Notes under the pieces: generated by a model
The model's input: only the letters and a program-made list of their open reading frames with translations
Databases searched by the model: none
Told to the model about the DNA's origin: nothing
Shown: piece after piece, positions 58,582 through 64,000 of the stretch
Numbering within the stretch: position 1 is the stretch's first letter
Layout of the letters: every line of letters starts with the position of its first letter
Assembly (NCBI GenBank): GCA_001643675.2
Contig: LSRY02000019.1
Span: 1,240,001-1,304,000, forward strand
DNA length: 64,000 nt
Direction: 5' to 3'
Origin: Monocercomonoides exilis PA203
Taxonomy: Eukaryota; Protista; Preaxostyla
Program-made: the position numbers and the translations under genes

Positions 58582-59336
58582 ATGAATAAAAATCAAACTG
58601 ATGGAAGCTTGGAGAGTTCTATGTGGATTGATAAAGAAGAGTTAGAGGAAGAGCAGCAAGAAGAGTATGTTTGATTTTAAATAACAGAATTTAACTTTCT
58701 TATTGTTTCAAAATAGAGAGAAATCAAAGCAGCCAGATATTCCAGAAGAAGACGATGCCGCGATAGAAAGAGAACGACAACAATTATTGGAAGATGTTGA
58801 AGATGATTTCATTCATTTTGAATTTGAAAAGGAAAGAAAACGGTATTGAGAAGAAGTTTTTTTTCGTTATTCAATCCTTTTAGTAAAATAATAGATGCTC
58901 TTAATGAAGATCAGTCACAAAGATATATGGCCTTGACGAAGTCTGTCATACCTAGGCATAAGGTGAAAGAGGTTAGTTGAATTTATCACAATTTTTTAAA
59001 ATTTTTCACATTGAATAAGATTTTATCAGATACTTTGGAACATGAATGTCCAGGAACAATATCAATTCTTCTTGGTGGCATGGCAAGAATTTATTGTGGA
59101 GAACTTGTTGAAGAAGGTTTGAAAAAGATCAAATGTTTTGTGAATTGAAGAGAATTGAATTTAAAGCTTTGAATATAAAGCAACGACGTGGAGCTCCAGA
59201 AAATGATCCACTGCTTCCAAGTGATATTCGAGAGGCTTTCATTTCTATAAGGCATCGTGAAGAACAAGGTGCACATTACTCAAGGCAGTCATCGGAGAAA
59301 GCAATATCTTCAAATAGAATGGCTGTTGGGAAATGA
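58582..59336 (+). CDS. TAF11: TFIID subunit TAF11 (histone fold), 5 exons
   Basis: The spliced product has an acidic N-terminus followed by ALNEDQSQRYMALTKSVIPRHKVKEIL..ISILLGGMARIYCGELVEEALNI..PLLPSDIREAF, matching the TAFII28 pattern (EEQLNRYE..K.FVGEVVEEAL..PLQPKHMREA). Confidence 0.88.
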
Positions 59337-60002
59337 AACTTTAAAAAAGGTTTCTTCAAGGGATTAAGTGTTTGTTACAGTGAACTTAGCTCCATTAAAG
59401 AAATAGCTCTTCTCATTGTTTTAAAAGATAATTAATAAAAGAGATATTAGTGATATTTTTTTCTTGTTGAATGAAAAAAAAATTTCGCAATTTCTATTTC
59501 ATAATTTTTTATCAATTTCAAGGAAATTGCTTCAAGTTGTGCAAAATGATAATTTCGTTCTGAATTTCAAAATTTTTTTGTTTTTCATTTCATGTTAATA
59601 ATTATCTTTATTGAAAGCACTCTCTTTTATTGTTTTGATTATTGGTGATTATTAATTTCAACAAAAATAAATAATTTTTTGAAAAATGACTTTATTAAAA
59701 AAGTTGAATCTAATAAATTTTTCTTTTATCACGTTTTTTTTTTTTTTCCAAAATAACAGATTTGCTTTATTAATAAAAACTATGGCTTTTTGAAAACAAA
59801 AACAAATTTTTTATTACAGTTTTCTGAAATGTTAATAAAAAATCCTTCGTTCTTTGTTTGCATTCCAAAATTTTCTCAAGATTGTTTAACTTTAGCAAGA
59901 AATCGAGAAAGAAGTGGGTGATTATTTTTGATATCACATTTAAGCCTGGGTGACGTGAAGAAAAAAGTTTGTCACGTCCGTCACCAGTTTTCCACCCTCA
60001 CG

Positions 60003-60047
<45 letters not shown>

Positions 60048-60084
60048 AGAAGAAGAAGAAGAAGAAGAAGAAGAAGAAGAAGAA
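60003..60084 (+). repeat. A43 followed by (GAA)13 polypurine tract
   Basis: Seen directly, 60 bp inside the left end of the element. Confidence 0.95.
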
Positions 60085-60341
60085 GGAAAGGAAAGATGCA
60101 GATAAAAAAAATAAATTTTTTTATTTATTGTTAAATTCAGCATTTTTTTTCCTTGTGTAAAAAAAATTTGAAATCATAAATCCCATTATAATATGATAAG
60201 GAAATAAAGCTGGTTTGTTCAAAAATCAAATGAGAAATGCATGTGGATGATGATGGTGCGGGCAGAGCCCTCTCATTGCTTTTTATAATTATTCTTTAAC
60301 CTGGAATAGTTGAACCTTAACATAAGCTCATCCAATATTTA

Positions 60342-61800
60342 TATGAAACAACATAGTTTTCTTAATGCAATTGCATTATTAACGATCAGATTAAGAACGT
60401 AACTGAAAAGTTCACTGGTTTGCATCCATTGCTGCATTTGAATTTTTGGTTATTGCATTTCGTTCTATCTTTTATTTTTGAAGCATTGTTTGATGGAATT
60501 GAAGAGTGCGATGAGGAAGAACAAATGCAGAGAATCAAAGAGCTGAATGAAATGGTTTATGAAATGGATGAAGAAGAATTCGAATCAGTTTTAACAAAAG
60601 AACTGTTCAATTAAATTGATGATATGATTGAAAAAGAAAAAATGTCAACGAAAATACAATTTTTCTATTGAAGCATGTTGGATATTGCAAAGTACCGAAC
60701 CGCATTTTGGATTTTGCATTTAATGATTCTTTTTTGTATGATCGATTTCAGAAAATGATCATAAAAGAAAATGAGAAAAAAGAAGAAAAGAATGAAAGAT
60801 TGGTGCTTGGTGTATGCAAATGCTACTCAATGCTTCACAGTTATATATATTTTTGTGAGGAATTACTTTCAATCTGTGTGTCTTGCCTTTTGATAACAAC
60901 TTTGAATAAAGATGAAAGCAAAGAAGCATTTAAAGAAGTAAAAATGGCTTTATCTGCTTTGAGAAGCGTTGATGGCTGCAATGTTTGCTCGTTTTCTCTT
61001 TCTTTTTGATGTTTTTGTTATTTTCTTATATTTTTTTAACAGAAAATTGCAAAAGAACTTTTCTGGGATGAAATCAAAGAAATCATCAGATAACGCCAGC
61101 AACATCATAATCTGACACGGCTTGCGCTTCTGTCTACTTGGAAGATTTTGATAGAAGGATTTGGTATTGATCAAAGCCTTAAAGGAGAGATTGTGAATGA
61201 ATTGCATTTCACGAGAGAGGCATCAAAAACATTGAAAGAGCTGATGGAAAAGCATATTGGAGGAGAGAAAAAGAAGAGAAAAATGAAGGAAAAGAAGTGA
61301 AAGAAGAACTTGTTTTATTGAAATGGATCCAAAAAGTTTGAACTACATTTTCTCTTTCGCTTATTGTGGAGCAAATAATTTATTGGACTTGTTCACAGTG
61401 CGTTCAGGTATTTCGAGCATCAAGGGATTCCAACAGAATGGTAAGCAAGAATTGCATTTTTTTCTTGAGAAATGCAGCGGAAGGCAAAAATGTGAATGTT
61501 GAAGACTTGCTCAAAGGAGGAGCTATTGATGCTGTATTGGAGGAAATGAATCAATCAACGTTGAACGAAGGTGTGGCATTTGAAAGCTTTCTCTTCTTTT
61601 TGAATATTTCAAGAAGACTGAAAGAAGAGGAGGAGGATGAAAAGGAAGAAGCAAATAAAAAGGAAACAAAAAGGAAGATATTTGAAAAGATGGAAGAAGA
61701 AGGATATGAAGATATCATCTCAAGCTTTCATGTTATTCTTGATTATCTTTTCAAAAAATTTAATCGTTATTTGACTTTGAAATTTTCGATTATTTTGTGA
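60342..61800 (+). pseudogene. Decayed member of a Glu/Lys-rich alpha-helical protein family (resembles a highly expanded Monocercomonoides family)
   Basis: Colinear ORF pieces (TEKFT|ALFDGIEECDEEEQ.., LLKHVGYCK.., HHNLTRLA.., LLKGGAIDAVLEEM..KRKIFEKMEEEGYEDII) are interrupted by in-frame TAA stops (60612, ~61090) and frameshifts; two GTTTGC..AG introns. The start position is approximate. Confidence 0.7.
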
Positions 61801-63307
61801 ATTCTCGAGGAATTGCTTTGAGTCTAATTACTCAAAAATGGCATTTTTCCATTTTCATCATTTCGTTAAAATAGAAAACATTCATTTTATTCTTTAAAAG
61901 CGACTGTTTTTCATTATTTCAAAAAAAAAAAAAAAAGAGAGAGAAACGATAACAATATTACAAAGCTAAAAATATTATTAATAAATGAATAACATTCTCA
62001 TTTTCATAGATTCTTCAGAGACATTTTCCTTAAATGAATTGAAACTTTTATCTTCTTCAATATGTTTTAATTTGAATTATTCTTTTCATTACTATTATTC
62101 TCCTGATGGCTCAACTTCTTCAATAGCAATTTCAACACACCCTGATTGAAAACCTTCGCCTGCTGTGCCCACAAACAAAAATTTTATTCACTTTATAAAA
62201 GCAAATGTGAATCTTATTGGTGATCTTGGTATTTAAAAATAACTTTTTTTCTGTAACGTCACATACGGTTCCGAATGAGTGCAAAAAATTGTCGAAAGAT
62301 GGTTTTTAATATAAATAAGTTTCCTCTTTTTCCGATGAAAATTGTCGTATCACATGAAGCGAAGACTTTGATGAGTTTATCGAACAAAAAATTATCCAAC
62401 AATGAAAGCTTCGAATTTTCTTCTTCGAACATTCAGAATTTTATATTAAATCAATGAGCATTCTTCAGCATCATTTTGAGATTTGTATTCAGTTCTTTCA
62501 TAAAAATATGAGAATTTCCAATATTAATTAAAATTGTAATGGTTGTGGGAACAGTAAATAATAAAAGCTTTCAAATAAGAAATTTAGCTTGTTTGTTTTG
62601 ATCTTCTGCTCCTTTTTATGCTTCATTTATATAATGACTGTGTGTGAAGCCAAAAGTCACTGACGTCAGTGATTTGTCAAAATTCCGATTTTCGCTTGCA
62701 CGTCAGTGAAAATTTCATAATGGAAAATTCGATATTTTCAATTTTCCAAATAAATTATTTTTGAAAACATTTATTATAAAGAAACTTTGAAATAATTATG
62801 TTGGTTTTTTGTTGTGACGTGGAAAAGACTGTCACGTTCGTCAAAAATCGAAAATGTCACGTCAGAAGTCAGCACGTCACCCAGGGTTAATCACATTTTT
62901 TCATTCAAGAGATTCAGTTCGAAAATATCCCTTGAATATCAACAAAATAAAACTGAACAGAAAAAAGGCTAATTCAAAAATATCTTAATCTTTATTTGGA
63001 CTTAACATTTGTTTTGATAGTAGTTTTGATAATTCAACAATTCAAACACAAAGTCTCTTCCCAATGACAAACAACGTTTGAAAAATTGACACTCCGAAAA
63101 AAGTTATGATTTCAAAAATACACACCCATATCAGTTTTTGTTTTTATTCAAGTGAAGAAACATCAAAAATCAAAATTATTGAAATTTTTGTTAAATACTT
63201 TTTTTCTAATTGAATTAATTGATCTCTCGGATCATTCACTGGAAGAAAAACAACCAATTTTAATCTGAACTTTTTAATAGTTTTTTTTAAAAATTGAAAA
63301 TAAACAT

Positions 63308-63380
63308 GGGACGATATTTTTTGCTTAATGAATTTTGTTCAATTCAATATTTTCTTATAATTTTCTCAATTTTTGTTTTT
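63308..63380 (+). repeat. Diverged copy of the GGGAC dispersed repeat, containing the empty pogo target site
   Basis: GGGACGATATTTTTTGCTTAATGAATTTTGTTC...TTTCTTATAATTTTCTCAATTTTT, compared with GGGACGAAATTTTTTGTTTTTGAATTTTGTTC...TTTCTTA[TA]TTTCTCTCTATTTTT at the filled site. Confidence 0.55.
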
Positions 63381-64000
63381 TTTTTCTGAAATTATTTGAA
63401 TTGTTGTGGTTGATTTGTGATGGAATGATAGCAGAAACAGTTCGAAACATATCACAGTTTTTTCATCCTCGCAATAATTTTGCCTCATGAGTTTTCGATG
63501 ATGAATAATTATTTTTCTGCAACATATCTGTGACATGACGTATTATAAAATCATATATTTGACAAAATGATGATGATGATGATGATATTATATCAAAACA
63601 TATATTTATGAAAAATGAAATAAACAAACAATAGCTAAATCTTAGATAAACTTTTTATATAGCTTTGGAAATTTTTTGTAGTTATCATTTGAAATATCTG
63701 TCTTTTTCTTTTTTTTCAGTAACGGTAAGTGATTGTTAAAGACAAATTGTAATAAATAATTTTTCAAATGACATTTCCAGTCAAAGAAATAACTGGAGGG
63801 AAATTGATCTTCAAAATTGCGAAATAAATAAATTAATAAAGCTTGAATTGTCACATATTGATTCATTGGTAATATTTACATATTGTCAAAAATTTTGGAA
63901 ACGAAAAGAATTTAAAATTTTGACAAATCGAAAAAATCTTTTCAGTCATTTAATCATTGTTTCAATTTCCTTTTGTCATATCACAGATGTCGAATTTTCG

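Larger units (their letters stand above)
59944..62886. mobile_element. Non-autonomous piggyBac-like element (2943 bp), TTAA TSD, 14-bp TIRs, carrying a cargo pseudogene
   Basis: TTAA|GCCTGGGTGACGTG (59940-59957) and CACGTCACCCAGGG|TTAA (62873-62890), a 13/14 match; subterminal GTCACGT/TGACGT repeats at both ends; no transposase seen. Confidence 0.8.

Noticed and set aside
27008-59336. Functional cluster of RNA/ribosome genes (SPT6, KAE1, NOL9, SBDS, TAF11)
   Set aside because: Mixed orientations and interspersed unrelated genes; compatible with an ordinary housekeeping region.
59928-60160. Poly-Lys/Arg and poly-Phe/Ser ORFs
   Set aside because: They are translations of the A43/(GAA)13 tract.
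60612-61100. TAA/TAG read as Gln (as in some oxymonads) to rescue the cargo gene and the transposase
   Set aside because: Conserved genes here contain no in-frame TAA/TAG and several end in TAA/TAG; the broken genes also contain frameshifts.
61990-62520. Minus-strand coding-like remnants inside the piggyBac-like element as a transposase relic
   Set aside because: Multiple stops and no recognisable piggyBac DDD or Cys-rich motifs.
1-64000. tRNA, rRNA, CRISPR arrays, telomeric repeats
   Set aside because: None recognised by eye; a covariance-model scan was not possible.

Overview
Eukaryotic, gene-dense, AT-rich DNA with short GT-AG introns and the standard genetic code. The gene families resemble those of the oxymonad Monocercomonoides; this is recognition and inference, not a database result. 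Bases 2171-23337 form a near-perfect ~21 kb palindrome: two ~10.15 kb arms around an 865 bp spacer. Each arm carries the C-terminal two-thirds of a giant Cys-rich, beta-helix-like surface receptor with a transmembrane segment and a degenerate kinase C-lobe, plus a decayed pogo/Fot1-like DD35D transposon. The two receptors have different N-terminal ectodomains, joined in frame to the identical part inside a conserved motif, which looks like domain exchange or gene conversion. The spacer holds two 268 bp MITE-like elements with different 4-bp target-site duplications (TSDs). Bases 27-59 kb are housekeeping genes (SPT6, KAE1/OSGEP with an intron-split ATG, NOL9/Grc3, SEY1/RHD3, SBDS with a long charged tail, a GT25 glycosyltransferase, TAF11) and two hypothetical genes. 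Bases 59944-62886 form a TTAA-flanked piggyBac-like non-autonomous element that carries a decayed intron-containing gene instead of a transposase.
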